From Candidatus Multivoradales bacterium (GTDB lineage Bacteria > Acidobacteriota > Thermoanaerobaculia > Multivoradales > J023), in contig CBDFLE010000005.1 of NCBI GenBank assembly GCA_965248925.1, forward strand, positions 2,240,001-2,304,000: DNA of 64,000 bases. Reading direction: 5' to 3'. Positions 1 to 12,900 of the stretch are shown piece after piece. A program made the position numbers and the translations under genes. The notes beneath the pieces are model-generated. The model saw only the letters and a program-made list of their open reading frames with translations, ran no database searches and was not told the DNA's origin. Positions within the stretch are counted from its first letter, which is position 1; every line of letters starts with the position of its first letter.

Positions 1-3000
1 AGTCATGCTCCGAGCCCGGCCAAGCTGCCGTAAGGCGGCATAGGAGTCGGCCCCGAGGTGGCTGTGATACCTCCCTCCGGCCACACTGCGCAGCGCTAGC
101 CGAGCCCGGTCGACGGGCAGCTCTAAACGTTCTGGAGCACCGTCGAGCTGGCCCTTCCAGAAATCGAGCTGGCGCTGCAAGAAGTCGCCGGCCAGCCAGC
201 CCCGCTGCCAGGTCGCGTAGTCGGCATACTGCACCGGTAGGGCGGGCAGGGAGGCCACCGGCTGGCCAAGCGCCTGACGATAGAAGTGCGAGAGTTCGCT
301 GATCATGATCTCGATCGAGCGACCATCGGACACGGTGTGATGCATGCTCAAGACAGCGACATGTTCGCTGGGCGCCAGGCGCAATAGCAGCGCCCGCAGC
401 AGTGGCCCGCGGGCCAGGTCGAAGGGGCGGCGGGCAAAGTCGGCAACTTGGCGCTCGACTTCGCTGGCCGGGCAGCCAGCCAGCTCGACCAGCGGCATAT
501 CCAACAGCGCCGACTGATCGATCTGCTGTCGCGGGCGGCCACCGCTATCGGGAAAAGTGGTGCGCAAGGCTTCGTGGCGGTCCACCAGCCGCCGCAGAGC
601 TTGTCGCAGAGCCGCCACGTCGAGAGGGCCGAGAAGTCGCAAGGCCAGCGGCAGGTTGTAGGTCGAACTGCCCGGATCCAGGCGCTGCAAGAACCACAAG
701 CGCTGCTGGGCGAAAGACAGCGGAATCTGCCGCGGGCGGCGAGCCGCGGTCAGGGGTGGCAGGGAAACTCCGCGCGCCTCGGTGACCAAGAGGCGCAGCT
801 CGGTCGCCAGGTCGGGCAACCTGGGGGTGTCGAAGATCGACCTCAAGGGGACCTCGACCCGCAGCGCCTGGCGCAGCCGCGACACCGCCCGGGTAGCCAG
901 CAGTGAGTTGCCTCCCTGGGCGAAGAAGTCGCTCTCGGCGCCGATCGAGTCGACCCCCAACACCTCGCTCCAGACCTCGACCAGCAGCTCCTCGATCCAA
1001 TCCCAGCGGCCGCGGCTAGATTCCTCCGGCTGTGCCTCCTCAGCCAGCCGCAGCAGGGCGCGGTGATCGATCTTACCGCTGGCCAAACGCGGCATTTCTT
1101 CGACCCCCACCAACAAGCTGGGGACCATGTACTCCGGCAACCACGAGCGCAGGTGGTCCATTAGCTCGCGCCGCTGGGTCGAGGGCAGTGGGCGGGGAAC
1201 GATCCAGGCCACCAGCGGTGCCGCCGCCTGCTGACGGATCGCCACCACGGTTTCCTCGAGCGCGGGAAAGCGCCGCAGAACCGCTTCGATCTCACCGATC
1301 TCAACCCGCGCGCCATGCACCTTGACCTGCTGGTCGAGGCGCCCGAGAATCTCTAACCGCCCCGCCGAAGTGTGTCGCGCCAGGTCTCCGGTGCGGTACA
1401 TCCGCGAACCCGCGGCGCCGAAGGGATCGGGCGCGAAGCGCTCGGCAGTCATGCCCGGCCGCCCCAGATAACCCCTTGCCAAACCGGCGCCAGCGACGTA
1501 CAGCTCACCGCTCGCCCGTGGCGACAGCGGCTCGGCGCGAGAGTTCAGCACGTAGGCGCGGTAGTTACCCACCGGCCGGCCAACGCTCGGCGGGTCACCC
1601 TCCGAGACCTGCTGCCAGGTGCAGTTAATGGTGCACTCCGTAGGCCCGTAGACGTTGTAGAACCGCGACCCAGATCGCCGTGCCGCCAGCTGCCAGAGGT
1701 CTTCATTGAAGGGCTCGCCACCGACCAGCACCAGCTCCGGCCGGCCCTCGCCTTGACCTAGCCCGGCCGCCAGAGCTTGGCGCAAGAGGGTCGGCGTCAA
1801 ATCGAGAACGTCGATCTCATGATCTTCGAGATAGGCCACCAAGGCGGCCGGCTCGGCGCGCACCTCCGCTTTCAGAATATGCACCTGATCGCCCCACGCC
1901 AGCCTCCCGACCCCTTGCCAGGAGGCGTCGAAATAAAGCGGCGCATTGACCGTCACCGCCAACTGCTTGGAGGTTCGCGAATAAACCTCCTGGTCGAGCA
2001 TCTGGTTGAGGTTGAACAGGGCCGCATGGGGAATAACAATCCCCTTCGGCACCCCGGAAGAGCCCGAGGTGAAAATGGCGTAGGCCGCCTGCTGCATGTC
2101 GACCCGCAAATCCAGTGGGCCACTGCCGAGCCCTGCGGCCCGCTCGAGTTCATGTTGCAGATCGTCGACGCCAGCGATTGCCAGTTCGGCCAACCGGGCG
2201 AGGGGCTTGCCAGCGCTGAGGATCCGTCGAGCTCCGATCGATCCGAGCAGGGTGCGCAAGCGCTCGACCGGCTGCCAAGGGTCGAGCGGAACGCAGGTTC
2301 CGCCAGCTTTGAGAATCGCCAGCAGGGCAACGATCTGGCCCACTGAGCGGTCGAGCAACAAGACCACCGGCGCCTCTTCGGCGATGCCCCGCTGGCGCAG
2401 CCGCCGAGCCAGCTGGTTGGACTGCTCGCCGAGCTCGCCATAGGTCAGTTGGTCATCACCGCAGACCAGCGCCGTGGCGGCTGGCGAGCGCTCGGTCGCC
2501 GCCTCGACCCAGCGGTGAAAGGGCCTTGGCCACGCGCTCTGCCGGAGGGTGTCGTTCCAACCCTCGATCACTTGATGGCGGTCACTCGGAGTGAGTATCG
2601 GCAGCTCCTCCAGGCGCCGGTCTAGCCCCCCCGCCATCGCTTCCATCAAGGCACCGAGCTGGCCCACCAGACGCTGCATCACCTCCAGCTCGAGTTCTTC
2701 AGCGGCCAGCAGCAGGCCGATCTCGCGGCCGGGAGCCGCCACCAGGGTCACGCCGTAATGATCGCCGCTCCACATCCGCACTTCGCTGATCTCGAGACTG
2801 AGGTCGACTTCGGCCAGCGACTCTCCCAGCGGGTAGTTTTCAAAGGCCAGCAAGGTATCGAAAAGAGGGTGCTCGGTGGGCAGCCCCAGCGAGCGTTGGA
2901 TCTGCATCAGCGAGCTGCTCTCGAACTGCCGCGCTTCGACCTGGCCGGCCTGCAAGCTCTCCAACCAGTCCGCCAGCGGCGCGTCCCAGTCGATCACCGC

Positions 3001-3912
3001 TCGCACTGGCAAGGTGTTAATGAACATCCCGACCATGGCCTCGGCACCGGCCAACTCAGCCGGCCGTCCGGCGGTCACCGCACCGAAGAGCAGGTCTTCC
3101 CGGCCTCCGTAGTGGGCGAGCAAGATCGCCCAAGCGCCCTGCACCAGGGTGTTGAGGGTCAAACCATGTTGGGCCACCAAGGCGCGCAGCCGGTCGGTGG
3201 TCGTCGCGTCGACCCGGTAGCGGGCCTCCTGCTGTTGGCGTCCCGACGGCGGCGGCGCTACCAGCGGCAGACCCAGGCGGGTCGACGCGACGACCCCGCG
3301 CAAATATCTGTTCCAGAAACTCGACGCCAGGGTCGCATCTTGCTGCAAGTGCCAAGCGATGAAATCCCGAAAGGGCCGCGGCCGCCGGGCTCGCAGCTCA
3401 TCGCCACGGACCTTCGCCTCATAGGCGTCGAAAGCCTCCTGCACCACGATCGACACCGACCAGCCGTCCAGCAGCAAGTGGCTGTGGCTCCAGACGAAGC
3501 GCACTCGGTCCGCCGACAGACGGAAGAGGGCCAGGCGCATCAGGGGGGCCTGGCCGAGTTCGAACCCGGTCTGCCGATCTTGGGTCAGATAGTCGTTCAG
3601 GGCCGCCTCGCGGGCGGCTGGCGGCAAGTGGCGCCAGTCCTCCACCCGCAGCGGCACCTCGAATTTCCGGGTCACCACTTGCACCGGTGTCTCGACCCCT
3701 TCCCAGACGAAAGCGGTACGGAGCACCGGATAGCGCTCGATGATCCACCGCCAAGCGGCCTCGAACTGCTCGATGTCGAGACTGCCCGCCAAAGTGCAGC
3801 CGAGCTGCACGCAGTAGACCCCGCTGCCAGGATCGCGCAAAGTGTGAATCAGGATCCCCTGCTGGGCCGGCGACAGGGGATAGATGTCTTCGATATCTGG
3901 ACGGGCGCTCAT
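1..3912 (-). CDS. NRPS6, 3'-truncated by the window edge: C(DCL)-A13-T-C(LCL)...
   Basis: Not in the ORF track because it has no stop in the window; sampled segments were translated by hand and are all in the frame of the start codon. ATG at 3912, 2 nt after the NRPS5 stop, reads MSARPDIEDIYPLSPAQQGILIH (DCL-type start, consistent with the upstream E domain). C motif WSHSHLLLDGWS; A-domain FDASWQG...NVYGPTECTINC; T motif DFFAQGGNSL (~901-930); next C PLSFAQQRLWF and MHHTVSDG (~320-345). Confidence 0.9.
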   Translation of the reverse strand, partial: MSARPDIEDIYPLSPAQQGILIHTLRDPGSGVYCVQLGCTLAGSLDIEQFEAAWRWIIERYPVLRTAFVWEGVETPVQVVTRKFEVPLRVEDWRHLPPAAREAALNDYLTQDRQTGFELGQAPLMRLALFRLSADRVRFVWSHSHLLLDGWSVSIVVQEAFDAYEAKVRGDELRARRPRPFRDFIAWHLQQDATLASSFWNRYLRGVVASTRLGLPLVAPPPSGRQQQEARYRVDATTTDRLRALVAQHGLTLNTLVQGAWAILLAHYGGREDLLFGAVTAGRPAELAGAEAMVGMFINTLPVRAVIDWDAPLADWLESLQAGQVEARQFESSSLMQIQRSLGLPTEHPLFDTLLAFENYPLGESLAEVDLSLEISEVRMWSGDHYGVTLVAAPGREIGLLLAAEELELEVMQRLVGQLGALMEAMAGGLDRRLEELPILTPSDRHQVIEGWNDTLRQSAWPRPFHRWVEAATERSPAATALVCGDDQLTYGELGEQSNQLARRLRQRGIAEEAPVVLLLDRSVGQIVALLAILKAGGTCVPLDPWQPVERLRTLLGSIGARRILSAGKPLARLAELAIAGVDDLQHELERAAGLGSGPLDLRVDMQQAAYAIFTSGSSGVPKGIVIPHAALFNLNQMLDQEVYSRTSKQLAVTVNAPLYFDASWQGVGRLAWGDQVHILKAEVRAEPAALVAYLEDHEIDVLDLTPTLLRQALAAGLGQGEGRPELVLVGGEPFNEDLWQLAARRSGSRFYNVYGPTECTINCTWQQVSEGDPPSVGRPVGNYRAYVLNSRAEPLSPRASGELYVAGAGLARGYLGRPGMTAERFAPDPFGAAGSRMYRTGDLARHTSAGRLEILGRLDQQVKVHGARVEIGEIEAVLRRFPALEETVVAIRQQAAAPLVAWIVPRPLPSTQRRELMDHLRSWLPEYMVPSLLVGVEEMPRLASGKIDHRALLRLAEEAQPEESSRGRWDWIEELLVEVWSEVLGVDSIGAESDFFAQGGNSLLATRAVSRLRQALRVEVPLRSIFDTPRLPDLATELRLLVTEARGVSLPPLTAARRPRQIPLSFAQQRLWFLQRLDPGSSTYNLPLALRLLGPLDVAALRQALRRLVDRHEALRTTFPDSGGRPRQQIDQSALLDMPLVELAGCPASEVERQVADFARRPFDLARGPLLRALLLRLAPSEHVAVLSMHHTVSDGRSIEIMISELSHFYRQALGQPVASLPALPVQYADYATWQRGWLAGDFLQRQLDFWKGQLDGAPERLELPVDRARLALRSVAGGRYHSHLGADSYAALRQLGRARSMT

Positions 3913-3914
3913 CG

Positions 3915-6900
3915 TCACTCCCCGACCTTGCCGAAGCGTCCGAGAACATTCTCGAGCTGCCCGGCGTCGAGCTTGGCGAGTGGAAAGTCCGCTGGCGTAG
4001 GTTCAGGCCGCTCGGCCTCGCTGGCGACATCGATGAGCTTGCCGAGCTGCTTCAAGAAGCCGCCCGCGACCCGTTCCAGGGCGCCGTGATCTCCGCTTTC
4101 ACCGGCCAGGTTCCAGCTCACCGTCAGGCGACCATCGGCAACCTTGGCGGTGATCTCCAGACTGTGCGAGGGCTTCTGTAGCGGGCTCCGCTGGGGACCG
4201 GTGCTCTCGGCAGCCTGAACGAAGGAAGACTCGGCTTCGAGCACCCGATCGAGCTGCCCCAAGTAGTTGAAGAGGACCTCGGAGGGTGCTATCGCGGCGA
4301 TCCCGTGGCCGCTCTCGTCGGTCCGCAGATAGCGCAGCAGGCCGAAGCTCAAACCCCGGCGCGGCACGGATCGCAACCGCTCTCTGACCTGGCGCAAGAT
4401 CGCCATCGGTTGCCGGCAGCGACGAAGATCGAAGCTCACCGGATAGATGGTGGTGAACCAGCCGACCGTACGGGTGACGTCGATATCGTCGCCGACGTCC
4501 TCCCGGCCATGCCCCTCAAGGTCGAGTTGCACGATCCGCGAACCCATCCAGGTGGCCAAGGCTTCCAGGATCGCCGCCAGCAAGATCTCCTGGGTCTGCA
4601 CCGCCAGATCTTCCGGTAGCCCGTGCAACAGAACCTCGGTCTGCTCCGGATCGAGGCTCACCGTGGTGCTCTGGCCGGCCTCGCTATGGGTCGAAGCGCG
4701 ATGGATCCGCGGCAGCCGGCCGGCCTGACTCTGGCCCCGGCTGAGCCAAAAATCGCCATCCCCGACCAAAGCCTCCGACCCGGCGAGGGCGGTCAGCCGC
4801 TCGGCCCAGGCTTGGTAGGAAGACGAACGCGGCGGCAACCGCGCTGGCTGGCCGGCAGCGAGCTGCTGGTAGACCCGCTGCAAGTCAGCCAGCAAGATTC
4901 GCCAAGAGATACCGTCGACCGCCAGGTGATGGATGATCAGCAGCAGGCGCGAGGAACGCTCGGCGCCCAGATCGAGCCAGATCACCCGCGCTAGCGGCCC
5001 GGCACCGAGGTTCAGAGCGCGTTGGGCGCGGTCGGCGGCCGCGCTCAGCAGCTCGGCAGGAGGGTGCTGCTCGTCGACCACCGCCGACAGGTCGAGCACC
5101 GAGAACGGCGCCGCTTCCCCAGGCGGCAGGTTGTGCGCTTGCCAACCGGCGTCCTGGCGGACGAAGCGCAGCCGCAATCCGTCGTGGTGTTCGACCAGAG
5201 TATCGAACACCCGCCGCAGAATCTTCGGATCGAGGCGCTCCCGCACCTCCAACATCAGCGCTTGGTTGAAATGATCGACCTCGACCAGCTGCTGGTCGAA
5301 GAACCAATGCTGGATCGGGGTCAGCTGCACTGGCCCGCTGACCGGCCCGCGATCGGCGATCGGCGGCCCTAGACTCTCCGCAACTCGGGCCAACTCGGCG
5401 ATGTTCTGATGCAGGAAAATATGCCGGGGGGCGATCTTGAGCCCCGCCTCGTTGACCTTGGCGACGATCTGGATCGATTGGATCGAGTCGCCTCCGAGGA
5501 CAAAGAAATTGTCTTCGACACCGATCTTCTCGAGCCCCAAGACCTCCTCCCAGATGGACGTCAGCAGGTGTTCGACCGGGGTCTCGGGAGCCAGGTAGGA
5601 AGTTTCGGCGGCCAGCCTTTCCTCGGTCTTCGGCCGCGGCAGCGCTCGCCGGTCGAGCTTGCCGTTGCTGGTCAAGGGCAGCCGCTCGAGAACGACGAAT
5701 TCGGCCGGTACCATGTACGACGGCAAGCGTTCGCCGAGACCCTGCCGCAGCTCCTCGAGACGCAGCTCTTGGTCCGCCGCGGCGACCAAGTAGGCGACCA
5801 GCCGAGCGTCCGCCGAACCCGCCTCGCGCAGCGCCATCACCGCCGCCGCCGCCACTTGCGGCTGCTCGCGCAGTAGCGCTTCGATCTCTCCTGGCTCGAT
5901 GCGGAAGCCCCGCACCTTCACCTGCTGATCGATCCGTCCCAAGTACTCGAGATCGCCATCGGCAAGCCAACGCGCCAGATCACCAGAGCGGTAGAGCCGG
6001 GCGCCGGAGCCGCCACCGAGAGCATCTGGCACGAAGCGGCTGGCGGTCAGCGCGCCACGGCCCAGGTAGCCTAGCGCCACTCCAGCGCCACCCACCACCA
6101 GCTCACCGCCAACCCCCTGGGGTACCGGGTGGCCGCGGCGATCGAGTAAGAAGATCCGTAGATCCGCCAGCGGCCGTCCGACATTGCTGCCGAACCCGGC
6201 GCTGATCTCAGCGGCGCTGATCCGGTGAAAGGTCGAGTGGACGGTGGTTTCGGTGATGCCGTACATGTTGATCAACCGCGGCGAGCTGTCGCCATGGCGA
6301 TCCAGCCACCCCCTGAGGGTCGAGGGGTCGAGGGCCTCGCCGGCAAAAACGACGTAGCGCAGGGTGTGCTGGACGGCTCGGTCGAGGGTCGACTCCGCCG
6401 AGATCAGCTGCCGGAACGCCGACGGCGTCTGGCTCAGCACGGTCACCCCCTCGGTCTGCAGCAGCTCGAGAAAACGATCCGGTGATCGGCTCACCCAATA
6501 GGGCACAACGACCAGACGGCCACCGTGCAGCAGTGCCCCCCAGATCTCCCACACCGACACATCGAAAGCGTAGGAGTGGAACAAGGTCCAGACATCCTCA
6601 GCAGCGAAACCGAAGTGCTGTTGGCTGGAGCGCAGCAGGCGGAGCACCTGATCATGGGCCACCACCACCCCTTTCGGCACACCGGTTGATCCGGAGGTGT
6701 AGATCACATAGGCGGCATGCCCCGGATCGCCCGTCACCCAGGCGGGCACGGTGGGCGGATTCGGCCCGGTCGCGGCGTCGATCTCGATCACCTGGCCAGC
6801 CAAAGGCGGCAGGCGATCGCGCAGCGAAGAAGAGGTCAGCAATAGGGAGCAAGCGCTGTCTTCGGCGAGGAAGCGCAGCCGTTCCGCTGGCACCTCGGGA

Positions 6901-9900
6901 TCGATCGGCACGTAGACCGCGGCGCAGCGCAGGGTCGCCAGAATGGCCACCACCAGCAGCGCGTCGCGCTCCAGGAAGAGGCCCACCGACTGTCCCGGAC
7001 GCACCCCGTAGGCCCACAGCCGGCCAGCCAGCTCAGCGGCCTGATCGCGCAGCTCCAGGTAGGTCAGCTGGACTTCCCCGGCATTCACCGCGATGGCTTG
7101 CGGCTGCAGCTCGACGGTGGTGGCAAAAGCTTCCCACAGGCCACCCTCGAATTCGAAGGTCACTCCCTGGCCACTCCATTCCACCACCAGCTCCTGCCGC
7201 TCCGCCTCGCTGAGCAGCGACAGCGTGGTCAAAGCCCGATCCGGCTCAGCCACCGCTGCTGCCAGCAGCTGCTCCAGCTGCCCCACCCAGCGGGCGATGG
7301 TCGAGCGGTCGAACAAGTCGGTGGCGTATTGCAGATCGCCGACCACACCGGCGGCAGTTTCCTGCAGGCCCAAAGTCAGGTCGAACTTGGCGCTCTGACT
7401 GTCGATCTGCAGCCCCTTGATCACCAGCTCCGCCACCTCGAGCTCAACCCCAGGCACGTTCTGGAAAGCGAACATGGTCTGGAAGAGTGGCGAGTAGGCC
7501 AGATCCCGCACCAGCTGCAGCTCGTCCACCAATCTCTCGAAGGGCAGGTCTTGATGGGCGTCGGCCGCCAGCGCGGTCTCGCGGGCCGCCGTCAGGGCCT
7601 CGCCGAAGCTCAGCTGATCACCGAATCGGCCGCGCAGCACGAGGGTGTTGACAAACAGGCCGATCAAGCCTTCGACCTCCAACCGGCGGCGGCCGGCGAT
7701 CGGCGTTCCTAGCAGGATGTCGTCTTGCCCACTGAGTCTGAAGAGCAGGGTTTGGAAGGCGGTCAGCAACACCATGAATGGGGTCGCGCCATGGCTCCTA
7801 CCAAGCTCGCGGGCAGCTTCCGAGAGCGCCTTGGGCAGCCGCACCGGATAGGAGCCGCCAGCGAAACTCCAGCTTGCCGGACGCGGCCGATCGAGCGGCA
7901 GGTCGAGCAGTGCCGGCGCTCCGGCAAGCTCGCTCCGCCAATACTCCAGCTGGCGTTCGAGCACCGCTCCCGACAGCCACTGCCGCTGCCAGACGGCGAA
8001 GTCGGCATATTGAATCGGCAGCGCCGGCAGGATCGCCGCGCGACCAGCCACCGCCGCCTCATAGAGCTTGGCGACCTCGTCGATCAGGATCGAAACCGAC
8101 CAACCATCAGCGGCGATGTGGTGAATCGTCGCCACCACCCAATGCTGGGTAGCACCGAGGCGGAGGATCTGCAGCCGCAGCAGAGGAGCCCGGCTCAAGT
8201 CGTAGGGCCGGCGGTTGAGCTGCTCGCTGTGGCGCCGCGCCGCCGCCGATCGCTGCGGCTCGCTCAAGGCCGACAGATCGATCAACGGCAAGTCCAGCGG
8301 TAGCGCCGCTTCGACCACTTGCACCGCCCCACCACCACCCAGGGCGAAGCGGGTGCGCAGCGTCTCATGGCGCTGGCGCAACTGGTTGATCGCCTGGCGC
8401 AAGGCCCGCGGGTCGAGAGCGCCCTCGAGCTCGAGAGCGAAGGGAATGTTGTAGGCCGAGCTCTGCGGATCGAGCTGCTGGATGAACCACATCCGCTGCT
8501 GGGCGAAGGACAGAGCCAGCCCTGCGCCTCGCTCCACCGGCTGCAGCGGCACCGCCGGCGGCTCCTCCCCCGCCACCCGGGCCATCGCCACCCGGCGAGC
8601 AAAGCCGGCCAGGGTCGAGTCCTCGAAGATCGCCCGCAGCTCGAGCTCGACGCCAAGCACCTTGCGCAGTCGCGACAAAACGCGGGTGGCCAGCAGCGAG
8701 TGTCCGCCCAAGGCGAAAAAATCATCCTGCCGGCCAATCTCGCCCAGCGCCAGCACCTCGCTCCAGATACCGCTCACCAGATCTTCTACAAAGCCGCCAC
8801 CAGCCCAGCCACCGGTAGCCGCCGTGCTCGGCGCTGCCAGCTCGAGCGCCGCCAAAGCCGCGCGGTCGATCTTGCCGTTGGCGTTCAGCGGCAGTCGTTC
8901 GAGCACCGTCACGACGCTCGGCACCATCGCCTCCGGCAGGCTTGCCGCCACCCGCTTGCGGAGCTCTTCGGCGCTGACCTGAGCGTCGTTGGCCAGCACC
9001 ACAAAGGCCATCAGGCTCAGCGAGCCGCCGACCTCCGGCCTGGCGATGGTGACGGCGGTCACGACCTCCGGCTGGCGCTGCAAGACCGCGTCGACCTCGC
9101 CAGGCTCGATACGCTGGCCGCGTACCTTGACCTGGAAATCGACCCGGCCCAAGAAGTCCAAATTGCCGTCGCCGCAATACTTCACCAGATCACCGGTGCG
9201 ATAGAGGCGCTGGCCCTCCCCATAGGGGTCGGGAATGAAGACCTCGGCGGTCCTGCCGGGCTGCGCCAGATAGCCGCGGCCAACTCCGACACCACTGGCG
9301 AAGAGCTCGCCGACGACGCCGACCGGCAAGCGGCGGAGCTGCCGATCGAGCACCGAGAGGTCGATGTTGGCTATCGGTCGGCCCACCACTATGCGTTCGA
9401 CTCGGCAATCGTCGATCTTCCGCACAAAGGTCTGGGAGATATTGTCGGAGCACTCGGCCGGCCCGTAGGCATTGATGATCGGAATCCGCGGATATCGCCG
9501 CAGCCAGCGCCGGCACAGCTCAGGGGCGATCGCCTCGCCACTCGACATCAACCATTCGAGGGCGGTGAGTCGCGGCGCCTTGGATCCGGCGCCATCGAGC
9601 TCCTCCAACGCATAGCGCAAGAAGGACGGCACCACTTCCAGAATCGTCACCCCGCGTTGCTCGATCGCGCCCAGCAGACGTGACGGGTCGAAGGCCAGCC
9701 GGTCGTCGAAGATCTCGGTTCGCCCACCCGCCAAGATCGCCGCCAGCAGCTGCCAGACCGAGACGTCGAAGGTCTGGGCGGCGCTCTGCGCCACCACCGT
9801 GGACGGACTGAATCGGTAGTCACAGATCTTCGCCCACACCTGGTTGAGCAAGCCGCGATGGTCGAGCATCGCCGCCTTGGGCAGGCCGGTGGAACCGGAA

Positions 9901-12900
9901 GTAAAGAGCACGTAGGCCAGCTGGCTGGGGTCGATGGGCCTGGCCGGCGGCGACCAGCGCTGCGCGGCCACCAGCTCGTCCAGCACCAGCACCGCGGTGT
10001 CGAGTTGGGGCGAGCTCCGCACCGCCTCGGCGAGCTCGGCCCGCCGATCATCGATCAACAGCACGGCGACTCGACTGCGCTCCACCAGTCCGAGCAGGCG
10101 CGGTGTCGGCTGCTTCGGCCCGAGAGGAAGATAGACCGCACCGGCCTTGAGAATGCCGACCAACGCCACCAGGTATGCCGACCGGCGGCGGGCGCAGAGC
10201 GCGACGGGCATCTCCCTCTCGACCCCCTGCTCAACCAGCGTCCAAGCCACCGCGTTGGAGCATCGATCCAGCTCGCGGTAGGTCAGACGGGTGCTGCCAT
10301 CGGCGACCGCGATCGCCGACGGGGTCTGATCGACATGGCTGGCGAATAGCTCCAGGATGGTGCCGGCAAAGCCTGTTTCGACCTCGGTCGCATTCCACTC
10401 GACCGCCAGCTGATGACGCTCCGCCGGGCTGAGCAGCGGCAGGGCGGAAACCGCGGTCGTCGGGCTGGCGACGATGCCGCGCAGCAAGCTGCCCAGGTGC
10501 CCCCACAAGCGCTCGATGGTGGTGTGATCAAAGAGGTCGGAGCTGTACTGCACGGCGGCGACCAACCCGCCCTGTTTCTCGGCCATCGAGATGGCCAGAT
10601 CCAGTTTCGCCGTGTCGGTTCGCAAGACCACCTCGTGGAGCTCCACCGCGGGCAGATCGAAGCGTTCGAAACTGGCTTCGTGCGCAAGCTCGAACATCAC
10701 CTGGAAGAGAGGCGTGCGGCTCAGATCGCGCCGCGGCAGCAGCTCTTCGATCAGCCGCTCGAAAGGTAGATCCTGATAGGTGTGAGCGTCGAGCGCGGTG
10801 CGGCGAACTTGCAAGAGCAGCTCGTCGAAGCCAGGATCGCCGGCGAAACGGCCGCGCATCACCAGCGTGTTGACGAACAGACCGATCAACGACTCACTCT
10901 CGAGATGCTGACGCCCGGCGATCGGCACGCCGACACAGAGGTCGGTCTGGCCGGTGTAGCGATGGAGCAAGGTCTCGAAGGCCGCCAGCAGCAGCATGAA
11001 AGCGGTCACTCCTTGCTGCCGCGCCAGCTGCAGCAACTCCGCCGACAACGCCGGCGGCAGGGAGACTCGCCGGGTCACGCCTCGATCACTGAGCGCTCTC
11101 GGGCGCGGCCGATCGGTGGGTAGATCGAGCCTTGCGCCGGCGCCGTCGAGCTGGGCGAGCCAGTAGCCGAGCTGCGCTTCGAGACGGGCCCCGGAGAGCA
11201 GCTCGCGCTGCCAGTCGGCGAAGTCGGAATAGCTCATCCGCAACGGTGGCAGGGCGACCGGCTCAGCTTGCGCCAGGGCCCGATAGAACGCCGCCAGCTC
11301 ACGGATCAGGATGCCCATCGACCAGGCATCAGAAACCGCGTGATGGCAGTTCAGCAAAGCCTGGTAACGCTCCTCGCCAAGACGGAACAACAGCGCTCGA
11401 GCGGCCGGCTCAGCGCCGAGATCGAACGGCCGCGCACTCTCCCGTTGCAACCAGCTGTGCGCTTCTAGCTCGGCGTCGGCAGGGCGCAATGCCTGCAAGT
11501 CGACCAGCGGCATGCGCAGGCCATCGGCGCCGGCTTGTTGCCAGATCTCACCGTCTATCTGCACTAACCGAGCGGCCAAGACCTGATGCCGCTCAGCCAG
11601 CTGACGCAGGCTCTCCGCCAGCACTGCAACTTCCAGCCGACCCTCAAATGCCACCGCCACCGGGGTGTTGTACGAAGCACTCTCCGGCTCCAGCTGTTGC
11701 AGCAACCACATCCGCTCCTGGGCAAAGGAAGCCCGCCGCCGGCCGCCGACTGCGGCTTTGCCGAGAGCCATCGGCGGCAACGGCGGCAACGGCGCGGTTC
11801 GCTCGAGCCTTCGCACCAGCTCGGCCACGGTCGGTGCTTCGAACAGATCGCGGACCTCGACCGCCGCATCGCAAGCCCGCCGCACTCGCGAGATGATCCG
11901 GGTAGCCAGCAGCGAATGACCGCCGTGGTCGAAGAAGTCGTCGTGAATCCCCAGGCTGTCGACCCGCAGAACTCCTCGCCAGATGTCCAGCACCTGTTCT
12001 TCGAGCAGGCTCCTGGGGGCCGCCGCGGTCGATGGCGCCGCCGCCCCCGAGTCCTCTACCCCTGCCAATGCCACCAGGGCTTGGCGGTCGATCTTGCCGC
12101 CGACAGTCCGCGGCAAGATGTCCAGGAATACCACTTCGGTCGGCACCAAAGCCGGCGGCAAGCGCTCCTCGAGATGCTCGCGGACCTCTTTGGCGGTCAG
12201 CTCGCCAACGCCGCGTGGCTCGGCCAGCAGGCGGGGGGCAGCATCCGGGAAGAGCCGGCGGTAGAACTCCGAGCGTCCCAGGCCAGGCCGGCGGAAAGGC
12301 GAATCCAGCTCGATCGGCAGCGGCTCCGAGCCAGGCCGGGCGAGATGCCCGCGCAGCCGATAGTCCGGGTGGATGCCATCGGCTTCGAGAACCGCGGTGA
12401 TGGTCAGCTCGAAAGTGTCACCCGCCTCTAGCTCAAGGCTCTCGGCGGCGGGAATGAACACCGGCAGCCAGGAATGCTCGTGACGCAGGCTGTCGATCAC
12501 CAGACACTCGGCAGTCTCTAGCTCGATCCAAGCGAGGAAACCATCGCAGCGGCCAGCGTGCTCGACCTTCAAAATCGTGCGGCGCTCGAACTCGGCGGAA
12601 AAATCGCTCTGGAAATCGAGCTCTTCAAAGATCCCGGGCGCCGACAGCAGATATTCGCTCGGCAAGTGGCGAAGACACAGCCGGAGGTCGAAGGGATAGC
12701 CAATCTCGGCAAAGACCCGCTCGACGTAATGCACCGCGGTGGCTACGAATCCGGGCTGGCGACGGACCGCCTCAGGCAACGACACGGCAGCGATTCGCGT
12801 CACACAGCGCCGTGGGACAAAGATCCCGCCAGGCGCCATCAGCCGGCGGGCCTGGCGCAACAGCACGGCGGCTCCTTCAGAGCCCCCGAGAGTGCCGATC

